64,000 bases of DNA from NCBI GenBank assembly GCA_001001285.1, contig LCKG01000004.1, forward strand, positions 1,957 through 65,956. The letters run 5' to 3'. The stretch comes from Parcubacteria group bacterium GW2011_GWC1_45_13 (lineage in GTDB: Bacteria; Patescibacteriota; Minisyncoccia; UBA11713; 2-01-FULL-45-33). This document shows positions 37,088 through 45,403 of this stretch, piece after piece (the first letter of the stretch is position 1; every line of letters starts with the position of its first letter). Position numbers and translations under genes: made by a program. The notes beneath the pieces are model-generated. The model was not told the origin of the DNA. It was given only the letters and a program-made list of their open reading frames with translations, and ran no database searches.

Positions 37088-38740
37088 ATGGAAAAAAACC
37101 AAAAAACTGAGACCATAGATATCACACCGGATAAGAGTATTTATCACAAAATTGGGGAAGCTAATTATTCGATCTCTGATGCACTTGCAGAATTAGTAGA
37201 CAACTCAATTGATGCTGCGAATGAAGATGGCGTCGAGATATTTATTGTCTTAGATAAGAAGGGAGAAAAAATCATTGTCGAAGACAACGGGCAAGGGATG
37301 AGCAAAGAGATAGCTTCGAAGAGTCTAGTACTTGCCTATTCTAAAAAACATGATGCACTAGGCGAGTTTGGCTTGGGTTTAAAATCAGCTTGCACAAGTC
37401 TCGGAACAATTTTTGTTATAACAAGTACTCCAAAAGGCTCTGAAGAAAAATATACTCTCGAATATAATAAGGAGCAATTTTTACAATCAAGTGATTGGCA
37501 TAAGTATCCTCTTACAATCATAAAGGCTCCGAAGAATGAACACGGAACAAAAATAGAAATTAGTAGTTTGAAGATCAAATTATATGATGCACTTGTTACG
37601 CGTCTCAAGGAGGACTTAGCAAAAAGATACGGCCCATATATTGAGCATAACAATGTTGTCATTAAAGTCGGCTTGAGGAGAGAGACGGCTAAACCGTGCG
37701 TACCTAGCGAAAATAAACTAGTTCCTGACTCGAAGAAAGATTTCTCATATATGCTTTCAAAAGGAAGCACTATTACGGGTTGGTATGGTCTTTTAGAGGT
37801 TGGATCACAAAAACAAAGCGGTTTCAACCTATTCCGAAGAGGACGATTAATAAGAGCGTCTGAGAAACTTGGTTATAACTATCACCCACACCTTATGAGT
37901 GTTGCGGGGGAAATAAATTTGGATTCCGTACCAGTAACACACAATAAACGAGAATTCATTATTGAATCTAGCGAATTTAAAGAATTTATTGAAAAATTTT
38001 GGGGCGATCAAACTGAAAAATATTTGGGGTACAAAGTTAAGGGTAAAATCGATGAGATAACAAAAACCGCCAGAGATCGATCAAGCCAAGAAAAAGCGGA
38101 TAGTATGCCAGTTGAAAGAAAAGAAACAATAAAAAATAACTTATTGAATGCCCTTAACCGCCTCGATGAATTCAAAGAATTAGCTTACCCAGATCTATAT
38201 CAACCTAAAAAGAGGTCTGCAACTGGGAAGGAAGATTTTAAGGAAACCAGAGAAACTGATTTGCGAGTAGCTAAAGAAGAGGAAGTGCCGCTTACAAAGG
38301 AAGAAAGGGATCAAAGAACACCCAAAAAGACACAGCCCAAAACAGCCAAGTTTATAATGGTTGGGGGGAAAAAATTCAAATTTGATTTCTTTCTAAGAAA
38401 TCTGGGGAACGATACTATCGATAAGGAAACTATTATTAATCAAGAAAATGTTATCGAAATATATATTAACACGGGATTCAAGGGTTATGGTTTAACAAAG
38501 GATACTGATTTTTATTCTACCTTCCATATAGCGGAGGCTATTGCCGAACTTTATGTTAAAGAAGCTAATCAAAAGGTAGAAAGGATTTTTGAGCTAAGAA
38601 ATAGTCTCATATACGAAGTTGCATCTTTAATATACGAGGAAGAGGAATATAAAAGGCTTGAAAAAACTGAAAAAGAGTTGGCTGCAGTTACTGACAAAAA
38701 AAGAGAGCTTGAAGAAAAGAGAGCAAGAACGAGTTTATGA
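37088..38740 (+). CDS. MORC/MutL-type GHKL ATPase (HATPase_c_3) with C-terminal coiled coil
   Basis: Bergerat-fold motifs: N-box ALAELVDNSIDA, G1 box VEDNGQGM, G2 box GEFGLGLKSA; K/E-rich C-terminal coiled coil. Codon usage is AT-richer than the flanking genes. Confidence 0.75.
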   Translation: MEKNQKTETIDITPDKSIYHKIGEANYSISDALAELVDNSIDAANEDGVEIFIVLDKKGEKIIVEDNGQGMSKEIASKSLVLAYSKKHDALGEFGLGLKSACTSLGTIFVITSTPKGSEEKYTLEYNKEQFLQSSDWHKYPLTIIKAPKNEHGTKIEISSLKIKLYDALVTRLKEDLAKRYGPYIEHNNVVIKVGLRRETAKPCVPSENKLVPDSKKDFSYMLSKGSTITGWYGLLEVGSQKQSGFNLFRRGRLIRASEKLGYNYHPHLMSVAGEINLDSVPVTHNKREFIIESSEFKEFIEKFWGDQTEKYLGYKVKGKIDEITKTARDRSSQEKADSMPVERKETIKNNLLNALNRLDEFKELAYPDLYQPKKRSATGKEDFKETRETDLRVAKEEEVPLTKEERDQRTPKKTQPKTAKFIMVGGKKFKFDFFLRNLGNDTIDKETIINQENVIEIYINTGFKGYGLTKDTDFYSTFHIAEAIAELYVKEANQKVERIFELRNSLIYEVASLIYEEEEYKRLEKTEKELAAVTDKKRELEEKRARTSL

Positions 38741-38810
38741 GACCCAAAGATATAGGAAAGACAAACATAAAGGTCGATACGATAATAATAAATTATAATT
38801 TAATACCACA

Positions 38811-39233
38811 ATGAAGAAAAAAGTTTTTGTTAGCTTCGATTATGATAATGATAAGCACTACAAATATCTTCTTGAGGCATGGGACGCGAATCCTCAATTT
38901 AATTTTGTCTTCAATGACGCGACACCAGAGGAAATCGATAGCTACAATATCGGTAGAATCAAAGCGGCCTTAACCTTAAAAGTTAAGGAGGCAGACTACA
39001 CACTAGTTCTTGTAGGTAAGGAAGCGAATAAGACCCATAGACACAGTCGACTTATTGGCTTTAAAAACTGGATCAACTTTGAGGTTGCTAAGAGTAAAGA
39101 GCTTGGAAACAAAATCGTTGCCGTCAAATTAGATAGAGAGAATGAATCTCCAGAGGAGCTGCTCGACTCAGGTGCTTCTTGGGCTATGAGTTTTTCTCAA
39201 GCCGCAATTATCAAGGCATTGAATGATGCCTAA
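38811..39233 (+). CDS. TIR-like domain protein (DUF1863 / ThsB-like)
   Basis: N-terminal KKVFVSFDYDNDKHYKYLLEAW matches the beta-A strand and start of TIR-like MTH538/DUF1863 domains. 140 aa. Confidence 0.55.
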   Translation: MKKKVFVSFDYDNDKHYKYLLEAWDANPQFNFVFNDATPEEIDSYNIGRIKAALTLKVKEADYTLVLVGKEANKTHRHSRLIGFKNWINFEVAKSKELGNKIVAVKLDRENESPEELLDSGASWAMSFSQAAIIKALNDA

Positions 39234-39243
39234 GTGAATATCT

Positions 39244-39849
39244 ATGAGCATAAGCGACGATAAAAAACTAGAGACGCTTAACGATCACTACAAAGATACA
39301 TTCGCTCAAATACGTGATTATATCTCACTGCGTGATAAGTTGTTGATCTGGATTCTCTTGGTAGCTGCAGTGATGTTATTCGAAGTTTTTTCTCCGAGTG
39401 AGGCCGGCTTAGCTATCGCACAATTTGCGTCCGAAAAGGTCGGCCTTAATGGAGCCTTAATTAACACCTCATTCATCGGAAGCGTCATTTGGTTTTTGAT
39501 GCTCGTTTTGACAATGAAATATTTTCAAACAGTGGGGTTAATTGAGAAACATTATGATTATATTGAAAAAGTAGAGGACGCTATAAGAAAAAACTACGAT
39601 GGAGCTACGGGAATCTTTTCTAGAGAGGGACGACACTATCTCGAAAACTATCCTCTCTTTTCTGATTGGTCGTGGCTCTTATATACGATAATTTTCCCGA
39701 TACTATTAGTCGCCGTTTTGTTATATAAAATATATAATGAGGTTTTTATTTCAGGTTGCAGCGTGATTTTCTATATAAATCTTTTAATATTTATTTGCAT
39801 AGTTACGTCAACGATTCTTTATTTAAGGATGTTGCATTTTAAAAAATAG
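39244..39849 (+). CDS. four-TM membrane protein (candidate effector of the cassette)
   Basis: 201 aa; hydrophobic helices at about 33-52, 85-105, 141-161 and 172-194. Tightly linked (10-nt gap) to the TIR-like gene. Confidence 0.5.
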   Translation: MSISDDKKLETLNDHYKDTFAQIRDYISLRDKLLIWILLVAAVMLFEVFSPSEAGLAIAQFASEKVGLNGALINTSFIGSVIWFLMLVLTMKYFQTVGLIEKHYDYIEKVEDAIRKNYDGATGIFSREGRHYLENYPLFSDWSWLLYTIIFPILLVAVLLYKIYNEVFISGCSVIFYINLLIFICIVTSTILYLRMLHFKK

Positions 39850-39879
39850 TTCTCGGCCATGCGACCTTGAGCTATGAAT

Positions 39880-40139
39880 TTTGAGGGGAGGAATTTCGGC
39901 GACCAAGCGAGCCGACCAGCAGGGCGGCGAGCCAATCCGCCGGAGGCGGATATTGTGGGAAACAGCACAAGCGTGGAATGGGGGCGTAGCGGAGTGAAGT
40001 CGGGTTTGGAATTTGAGGGAGGCGAAGTCAGAATAGCGAGTAATGACAGGCGGATTTGAGAACGGAGGGTAGTCATTCCGAGGTAGGGCGAATGACTACC
40101 TGAATGACTAGGTAAATCAGTCAGGATTTTGCTCAAAAT
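39880..40139 (-). repeat. IR-R: inverted copy of the IR-L structured element
   Basis: Reverse complement aligns with 36702-36959, including the conserved core caaacccgacttcactccgctacgcccc.attccacgcttgtgctgttt. Hairpins retained through compensatory changes (ggtagtcattc/gaatgactacc; atccgcc-tcc-ggcggat). Confidence 0.7.
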
Positions 40140-40178
40140 GAGTCCGAACAGTATCATAAAGACACCACCAAATTTGAT

Positions 40179-40226
40179 TTGCATCAGAATTGACCGAGCC
40201 CGCGCCAAAGGCGCGGGCGAGGTCAA
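40179..40226 (+). terminator. putative intrinsic terminator after the cassette
   Basis: GC-rich hairpin gcccgcgcc-aaa-ggcgcgggc, then T-rich tctttctt. Confidence 0.3.
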
Positions 40227-40248
40227 TCTTTCTTCAAATTCGGAATTG

Positions 40249-40319
40249 TGGACCCGAGGGGAATCGAACCCCTATTTTCCGGATGCAAACCGGATGCTCT
40301 ACCACTAAGCTACGGGCCC
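40249..40319 (-). tRNA. tRNA-Ala (anticodon UGC)
   Basis: Acceptor GGGCCCG/CGGGUCC with the G3:U70 Ala identity pair and A73; D-arm GCUU-AGUGGUA-GAGC; anticodon loop UUUGCAU; T-arm GGGGUUCGAUUCCCC. Confidence 0.85.
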
Positions 40320-40447
40320 CGGGCACGATTTATTTCTTGCCCATGATCCTTTCCTTTCATTGTCACCTCTTTGGGATTCACCATCGTTCTTTTTTCACGG
40401 CATTTTACACAGTAGGCAATTATTTTTTCGTCTTTATCATTTGCCAT
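40310..40447 (-). CDS. small zinc-ribbon-like protein, possibly truncated (CxxC...VTMK family)
   Basis: 45-aa ORF MANDKDEKIIAYCVKCREKRTMVNPKEVTMKGKDHGQEINRARGP; its last 4 codons read into the tRNA-Ala 5' end. Only one CxxC pair, although a second would be expected. Confidence 0.3.
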   Translation of the reverse strand: MANDKDEKIIAYCVKCREKRTMVNPKEVTMKGKDHGQEINRARGP

Positions 40448-40579
40448 ATATTTAATATAAAAAAACGCTTATAAAACAAGTTTCGACCCTAACCTGCCGG
40501 CAGCACAGGCTTTAAAGCTGATTCTAGCACAAATACGCACAATTACTAGTCATGGACAAATAGTTATTCACAAGATGGT

Positions 40580-42016
40580 TTATCTAAGAAAACCGAGATA
40601 AGACCACCAAGGATACTTCACGTTTTTTATGTTGCCGCCCTCATCTTTTGTTGTTGTTACTTTAACGTCAACTGGGATCAGAAAAAGAAATTTTAAACGA
40701 ACGTACTCAACAATTTGAAACTCTTTTTTTATTGTGGTTTTTGCGTCGGTTGGTGGTATATATGCATGAGGCGCATCTACTTTCGGCCTCGGCGCGGGCG
40801 CGGTCTGCGGCTGCGCCGATTGATTCTGCGAGGATTGGGGTACCACCGATTTTGGAACGTTTGGGGGCAATAGCTGCGGCACTTTCGGCGCAGCGACTGA
40901 CGCTCTGGCCGAATTTTTCGGCCGGACTTCTACGCTTAATGTCCTGTTTTTTGTGGCATCGTATCCGGTTTTTGCTTTAAAGGCAGGAGTTAGATTTATA
41001 CTGACAACGTTTAACAAACTCCCGCTATTTTGAAAAGAAAGATTGAGATCCCCACTTGGAGGGAGAAGGTCGTTATCCGCGAATGCGTAATTACCGCAAG
41101 GCAGCGCCAAGGATGGATTTTTAGAAGATGTTGCGGTTATGCCATCCGCGCAGGAAATTTTCAGATTTACGCCTTTTGTGTTTTGCGTTGACCAGGAAAT
41201 TGGCAAAACTTGGCCGGGATAAGCAGGTGCAGAAACCGAAGTAGTAAAATAATTCACGACCGGATCCGGTACTATATCCGAAGCGATCGTTAAAATAAGA
41301 GTGGAGGGGTAGATGGCGTTATAAACCCCCGGCGCCATAGCGGGAATCAGGGTTAGAGTGAAAGGCAAAGGATCTACGGAAGAGTTGGTAAAATTAAGTT
41401 TTAGTGAGCCGGATTTGGCTAGATCCGGCTGAAAAATCGGCTTACCGCATGGGAGGTAAAGCCCCGCTGTATAGCTCTGTGACAATACTTTTATTTCCGG
41501 TTTGCATTCAATTGACAGGTTTACATTATCTAAATCAGTTGAGCTCCATGAAATTGTAACCGGGTCGCCGGAAACGGTAGTTGTGGTTGAAGTTGTGAAT
41601 TTTTCTATGGGCTGCTGGTTTACGCCTACCGAAATATACAAAGTCTGCCCGCCAGCGTCATAATCTTTACCAGAAGAATCTTTTGGAATCACGCGCGCGG
41701 CAACGCTGACCTGATTGCCGCTTATATTGATTACCTTGACCCCTAAGCCGTTGTTTGTCGCGACTTGAGATGTGATGCGCGTTCCGCAAGCGAGCGCGCT
41801 GTCATTTAAATATTTTAATTTAATGCCTTGGATGCACGGGATTAAAAAAGAAGAACCGAACGCATTCTCTAAAGACCATACAAAAGCAAATGGATAACCG
41901 GATGGACCCGATGCCGGAGAAACCGTAAACGACGCAACCGCCGGATTTTGAGCCAGTGAAATTAAAGGAGAAAAAACCGTTGCGACAAAAACAATCGCCG
42001 AGAACAACTTCTTCAT
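40580..42016 (-). CDS. secreted Thr/Ser/Pro-rich surface protein
   Basis: Signal peptide MKKLFSAIVFVATVFSPLISLA, beta-rich repeats, Pro/Gln-rich linker near the C-terminus. Confidence 0.5.
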   Translation of the reverse strand: MKKLFSAIVFVATVFSPLISLAQNPAVASFTVSPASGPSGYPFAFVWSLENAFGSSFLIPCIQGIKLKYLNDSALACGTRITSQVATNNGLGVKVINISGNQVSVAARVIPKDSSGKDYDAGGQTLYISVGVNQQPIEKFTTSTTTTVSGDPVTISWSSTDLDNVNLSIECKPEIKVLSQSYTAGLYLPCGKPIFQPDLAKSGSLKLNFTNSSVDPLPFTLTLIPAMAPGVYNAIYPSTLILTIASDIVPDPVVNYFTTSVSAPAYPGQVLPISWSTQNTKGVNLKISCADGITATSSKNPSLALPCGNYAFADNDLLPPSGDLNLSFQNSGSLLNVVSINLTPAFKAKTGYDATKNRTLSVEVRPKNSARASVAAPKVPQLLPPNVPKSVVPQSSQNQSAQPQTAPAPRPKVDAPHAYIPPTDAKTTIKKEFQIVEYVRLKFLFLIPVDVKVTTTKDEGGNIKNVKYPWWSYLGFLR

Positions 42017-42053
42017 GATTGTATTATATCACGCGTTCTATTCCAACCCCCGC

Positions 42054-42126
42054 TCCGCCCACCAGGAATCGAACCTGGAACCTTCTCCTTAAAAGGGAGC
42101 TGCTCTACCAATTGAGCTATGGGCGG
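42054..42126 (-). tRNA. tRNA-Lys (anticodon UUU)
   Basis: Acceptor CCGCCCA/UGGGCGG + A73, D-arm GCUC-AAUUGGUA-GAGC, anticodon loop CUUUUAA, T-arm CCAGG-UUCGAUU-CCUGG. Flanking sequence extends the acceptor helix to about 14 bp (ccccgctccgccca / tgggcggagcgggg). Confidence 0.75.
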
Positions 42127-42237
42127 AGCGGGGTTTTGAATTTATCCGCAATAAAATTTTTATAGCTATAGACGGTTTTTGTATTTTACTCCATTTTTGG
42201 CCTTATTGCAATATAACCTTGGCTTTATATTTGCTAC

Positions 42238-42266
42238 TTGACTTCTTACAGGTTATTTGCTAGACT
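42238..42266 (+). promoter_or_regulatory. sigma70-like promoter (TTGACT-17-TAGACT)
   Basis: -35 TTGACT, 17-nt spacer, -10 TAGACT, about 80 nt upstream of the 42348 ATG, which has a strong SD (aaggaaggagag). Confidence 0.4.
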
Positions 42267-42347
42267 CCGAAACAGAGTCCGAAACCAACAAAATAAGGCT
42301 AAAAACAAAGGATTTTAACTTAAACGAAGGAAAGGAAGGAGAGAGCG

Positions 42348-43589
42348 ATGAAGAAGAGAATACTAGCCGCTGTGTTCCTGTTTTTGGGATTGGGAGTCGT
42401 AGTCCCGGAAAGTCATGCCTTTCGGGTCTGGGCAACCAAACCCGAAGTGACGGTGGCAATCGAGGACGGCGACATGCTTGAAAGAGTGTGTGCCGAATTA
42501 TTGTCCAGAGGGTTCGTCCCCATCGGCATAAAAAATGCCGGCCAGTGTGGGGTTAGAACGGCTATAAACGCCTTCGGACCCCCGAAGGAAAAGTCGCTGG
42601 CTATGGCCAGGACTATAAGGGCTGGAGAGTTGTATACAATGCCCCTCCAGTCGCCGGAGCCTGTAGGCAAAGAAACCCAAAGTACCAAAACAGAGGCCGG
42701 AAAAGAGATTGGGAAAGTGGCAAAAGAGGAGAAAGAGGTCTCCCGGGTAGCGGCGTCGGCAAAAACAACTGGGCAAAAGACGGAAACATCTCAAACTGCA
42801 ATTGTCCAGAAAGAACCGGCCCAAAAATCTGCCCCGCAACCGCAAATGGTCGCTCCGGCACCGGTAGCTCCAGCGGTGGCTCCGCAAGCGACTACTAAGA
42901 CAGAAAAACCGGCGAGAAAGGACGATGCCATGGCGACAGCAGCAACAGCAAAGGTAGGAAACAATGAATTTTGGACAATAACTTGGATAACGGGCGCGTT
43001 CGGAATCTTTATCGCATTAGTGACCGGAATAGTGGTTTATCTTTTCCCTAAGCTAACTGCGAGAAAGAGGACGCAGCCAGCGAATTGGTCTGGCAATAGA
43101 CCTGACGCAGAATTTGAGCTTGGCGATGTCGGCAATACAGAACCCTCACACCCGCAAGCCACTGAAAGGCACCGGCGGGGCTCAAAAGTTATAAACCTGG
43201 TGCAGGGTTGGGTCGTGAAGAAAAAAGCCCTTGTAAAACACTTCGATGATGAGCTTAAGCAAAAAACGCTTGAGCTTGAGCAAGCTGAGTTAAAACTATA
43301 TGGCGAAACCAGAGCGGTCAAAGAGCTCCAAGAAAAACTGAGATATTTGGAGCCATTTTCCCCGGGGGTATTCACTCTCAAGTTTGACGGGAAGGAATAC
43401 CAATGCGAGCGCGCAGGATTTGCGCGCGATGAAAAGAAAGTGCCCCGTCCGCTTGTTATGTGTCCTTGGCCGAATGGGTGCAAACGACCAATCTTCGCCA
43501 AACACATAATGCGGCACCTCGCCCGCGAGCTCAAGGGCGAAAAGAGCCTTGAAGAGAGCCCCGAGGAGCCCGAGGAGAATGTAGCATAG
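42348..43589 (+). CDS. membrane protein with Ala/Pro/Gln-rich ectodomain and C-terminal Cys/His cluster
   Basis: Signal peptide; low-complexity APAPVAPAVAPQ; TM helix FWTITWITGAFGIFIALVTGIVVYLF; C-terminal C..C..C..H motif. Noticeably GC-richer than the surrounding genes. Confidence 0.45.
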   Translation: MKKRILAAVFLFLGLGVVVPESHAFRVWATKPEVTVAIEDGDMLERVCAELLSRGFVPIGIKNAGQCGVRTAINAFGPPKEKSLAMARTIRAGELYTMPLQSPEPVGKETQSTKTEAGKEIGKVAKEEKEVSRVAASAKTTGQKTETSQTAIVQKEPAQKSAPQPQMVAPAPVAPAVAPQATTKTEKPARKDDAMATAATAKVGNNEFWTITWITGAFGIFIALVTGIVVYLFPKLTARKRTQPANWSGNRPDAEFELGDVGNTEPSHPQATERHRRGSKVINLVQGWVVKKKALVKHFDDELKQKTLELEQAELKLYGETRAVKELQEKLRYLEPFSPGVFTLKFDGKEYQCERAGFARDEKKVPRPLVMCPWPNGCKRPIFAKHIMRHLARELKGEKSLEESPEEPEENVA

Positions 43590-43792
43590 ACCTTTTTCCT
43601 GTTTTCCATTTTTGCTTAACCTGACGATGTCATTCGACATGCTGAAGGGGCGCATTTTCATTGTCGAGAATTTCATTGCCGAGAATTGAGGTAAAACTCA
43701 ATGTCGAAAGCGATGGAGAAAATGGATAAAGCGGATAAAAAAGCCTTAACGCGATGCCCTTCTGGATAAAACCGGCGGGGCATTTTTTTATT

Positions 43793-44284
43793 TTATAGAA
43801 AAATTACTCCGAAAATAGGGAGGATTGTCCACCATCTGGCGGTAGCGGCGTCAGAAAAAAACTTCAAGGTAAGCGGGGAAAGATTCAGTAAATTATTTTT
43901 TATTAGTACCGCCGGAGCCAAACTTAATAAAGAAACCATCAAAAATCCCGCCGTCAAAATCGCGAGTATCAAAACTTCCCACCAAATGCCACTTATATAC
44001 GCCGCACCATGCAAAGCGCGCAGTAAAAAAAGAGTAAGCAAAATCAAAAGCGCCAGAAAAATTCCGGCTCTCCACATAAAAATTTCCGTCTCCGCCCTGC
44101 CTGCGGTCAATTTATCAACTGGCAAGAATGGGAATAGCGCGAGTAAAACGTAAACGGCTAAAATCATAAAAGCCATTTTTTTCTTGCCCCCCGAAATCCC
44201 CCAAAAAAATCCCCCCGCGGCTAAAAACAGCATCAGCACCATGTCCCACTGCGGATTTTTCAATAAATATAAAATTGACTGCAT
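43793..44284 (-). CDS. hypothetical polytopic membrane protein
   Basis: 163 aa with about 4 TM helices, downstream of dnaJ. Confidence 0.4.
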   Translation of the reverse strand: MQSILYLLKNPQWDMVLMLFLAAGGFFWGISGGKKKMAFMILAVYVLLALFPFLPVDKLTAGRAETEIFMWRAGIFLALLILLTLFLLRALHGAAYISGIWWEVLILAILTAGFLMVSLLSLAPAVLIKNNLLNLSPLTLKFFSDAATARWWTILPIFGVIFL

Positions 44285-44315
44285 GAGACTATTTTAACAC
44301 AAGAGAGAGGGGTTA

Positions 44316-45401
44316 TCATAATCCCTCTTTCTCTAAATCCAAAAGTAATTTTTTTGCTTCATATGAAAGTTTTTTGGGAAGCTTGTGGTGGAGAATTATC
44401 AAAAGGTCGCCCCGGTTTCCGCGCGCCTTCGGCACGCCTTTTTGGCGAAGGCGTAAAATGTCGCTTGTTTTGGAAAGCTCCTGAATACGCACAGAAAGTT
44501 TCCCGTCCAGCGTTTCAACAATTTCCTCTCCGCCTAAAAGCATTTTTGTGAGAGGCAAATATAAGTCCATCAGAATATCAAAACCTTCTCTGCGCAAAGC
44601 GTGGTGCGGTAAAACGCGAATCCGGACATAAAGATCTCCCGCCTGCCCATTGGCAATCTCTTCCCCTGCTCCGGTAAATTTTATTGCTTCGCCGTCGCGG
44701 ATGCCCGCGGGGATATTTATATCAATGGTTTCCGATTTTTTAAAAATACCGGAGCCGCGGCAGTGCCTGCAGATTTTCTCCGGCACTTCCCCTCGCCCGC
44801 GGCAATGCGAGCACTCCGAAAGCGCGGTAAATGAGCCGAAAAGCGAACGGCGCGTCTCGCGCACTGTTCCTGTGCCGCCGCAGGTCTGGCATTTTTTGAG
44901 CGAGCTCTCCGGCTCCGCGCCGGAACCTTTGCAAATTTCGCATTTTTTTGATTTCTCAATAACCACGCTTCTCCGTCCGCCAAAAACTGATTCCTTAAAC
45001 GAAACATCAATGCCTAAAGAAATATCGCTGCCGCGCGATTGTTTTCTTCTGCCGCCACGCTCAAATCCTCCGAAACCGCCTAAAATATCTTCAAAAATAT
45101 CGCCCAAGTCCGCGCCGAATCCGCCTTGGCCGGAGAAACCTTCAAAACCAGAAAAATCAAAACCTTCAAACCCGCTTTGCGTGCCCTGTCCGGAAAAAGT
45201 CTTACCGAACTGATCGTACTGTTGGCGTTTTTGCTCGTCCCCCAAAATTTGATAGGCTTCGTTGATTTCTTTGAACTTTTTTTCGTCCCCGCTTTTTTTG
45301 TCAGGATGATGCTGATGCGCCAATTTTCGGTACGCCCTTTTTACTTCTTCTTGAGAAGCATTCTTTCGCACCCCCAAAATTTCATAATAGTCTTTAGACA
45401 T
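44316..45401 (-). CDS. dnaJ: chaperone DnaJ
   Basis: J-domain with HPD ([13 protein letters not shown]); four CxxCxGxG zinc-finger repeats. Confidence 0.9.
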   Translation of the reverse strand: MSKDYYEILGVRKNASQEEVKRAYRKLAHQHHPDKKSGDEKKFKEINEAYQILGDEQKRQQYDQFGKTFSGQGTQSGFEGFDFSGFEGFSGQGGFGADLGDIFEDILGGFGGFERGGRRKQSRGSDISLGIDVSFKESVFGGRRSVVIEKSKKCEICKGSGAEPESSLKKCQTCGGTGTVRETRRSLFGSFTALSECSHCRGRGEVPEKICRHCRGSGIFKKSETIDINIPAGIRDGEAIKFTGAGEEIANGQAGDLYVRIRVLPHHALRREGFDILMDLYLPLTKMLLGGEEIVETLDGKLSVRIQELSKTSDILRLRQKGVPKARGNRGDLLIILHHKLPKKLSYEAKKLLLDLEKEGL

Positions 45402-45403
45402 TT

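Noticed and set aside
39819-40474. ORFs 39819-40226 (-) and 40190-40474 (+), with near-identical N-termini MTSPAPLARARSI / MTEPAPKARARSI
   Set aside because: They run across IR-R, the putative terminator hairpin and tRNA-Ala. The shared N-terminus is just the palindromic hairpin gcccgcgcc/ggcgcgggc read on both strands, not a protein.
42413-42887. Several minus-strand ORFs (42413-42688, 42498-42887, 42613-42861) inside the GC-rich 42348-43589 gene
   Set aside because: They are antisense to a gene with signal peptide, TM helix, promoter and SD. High GC inflates ORF length on the opposite strand.
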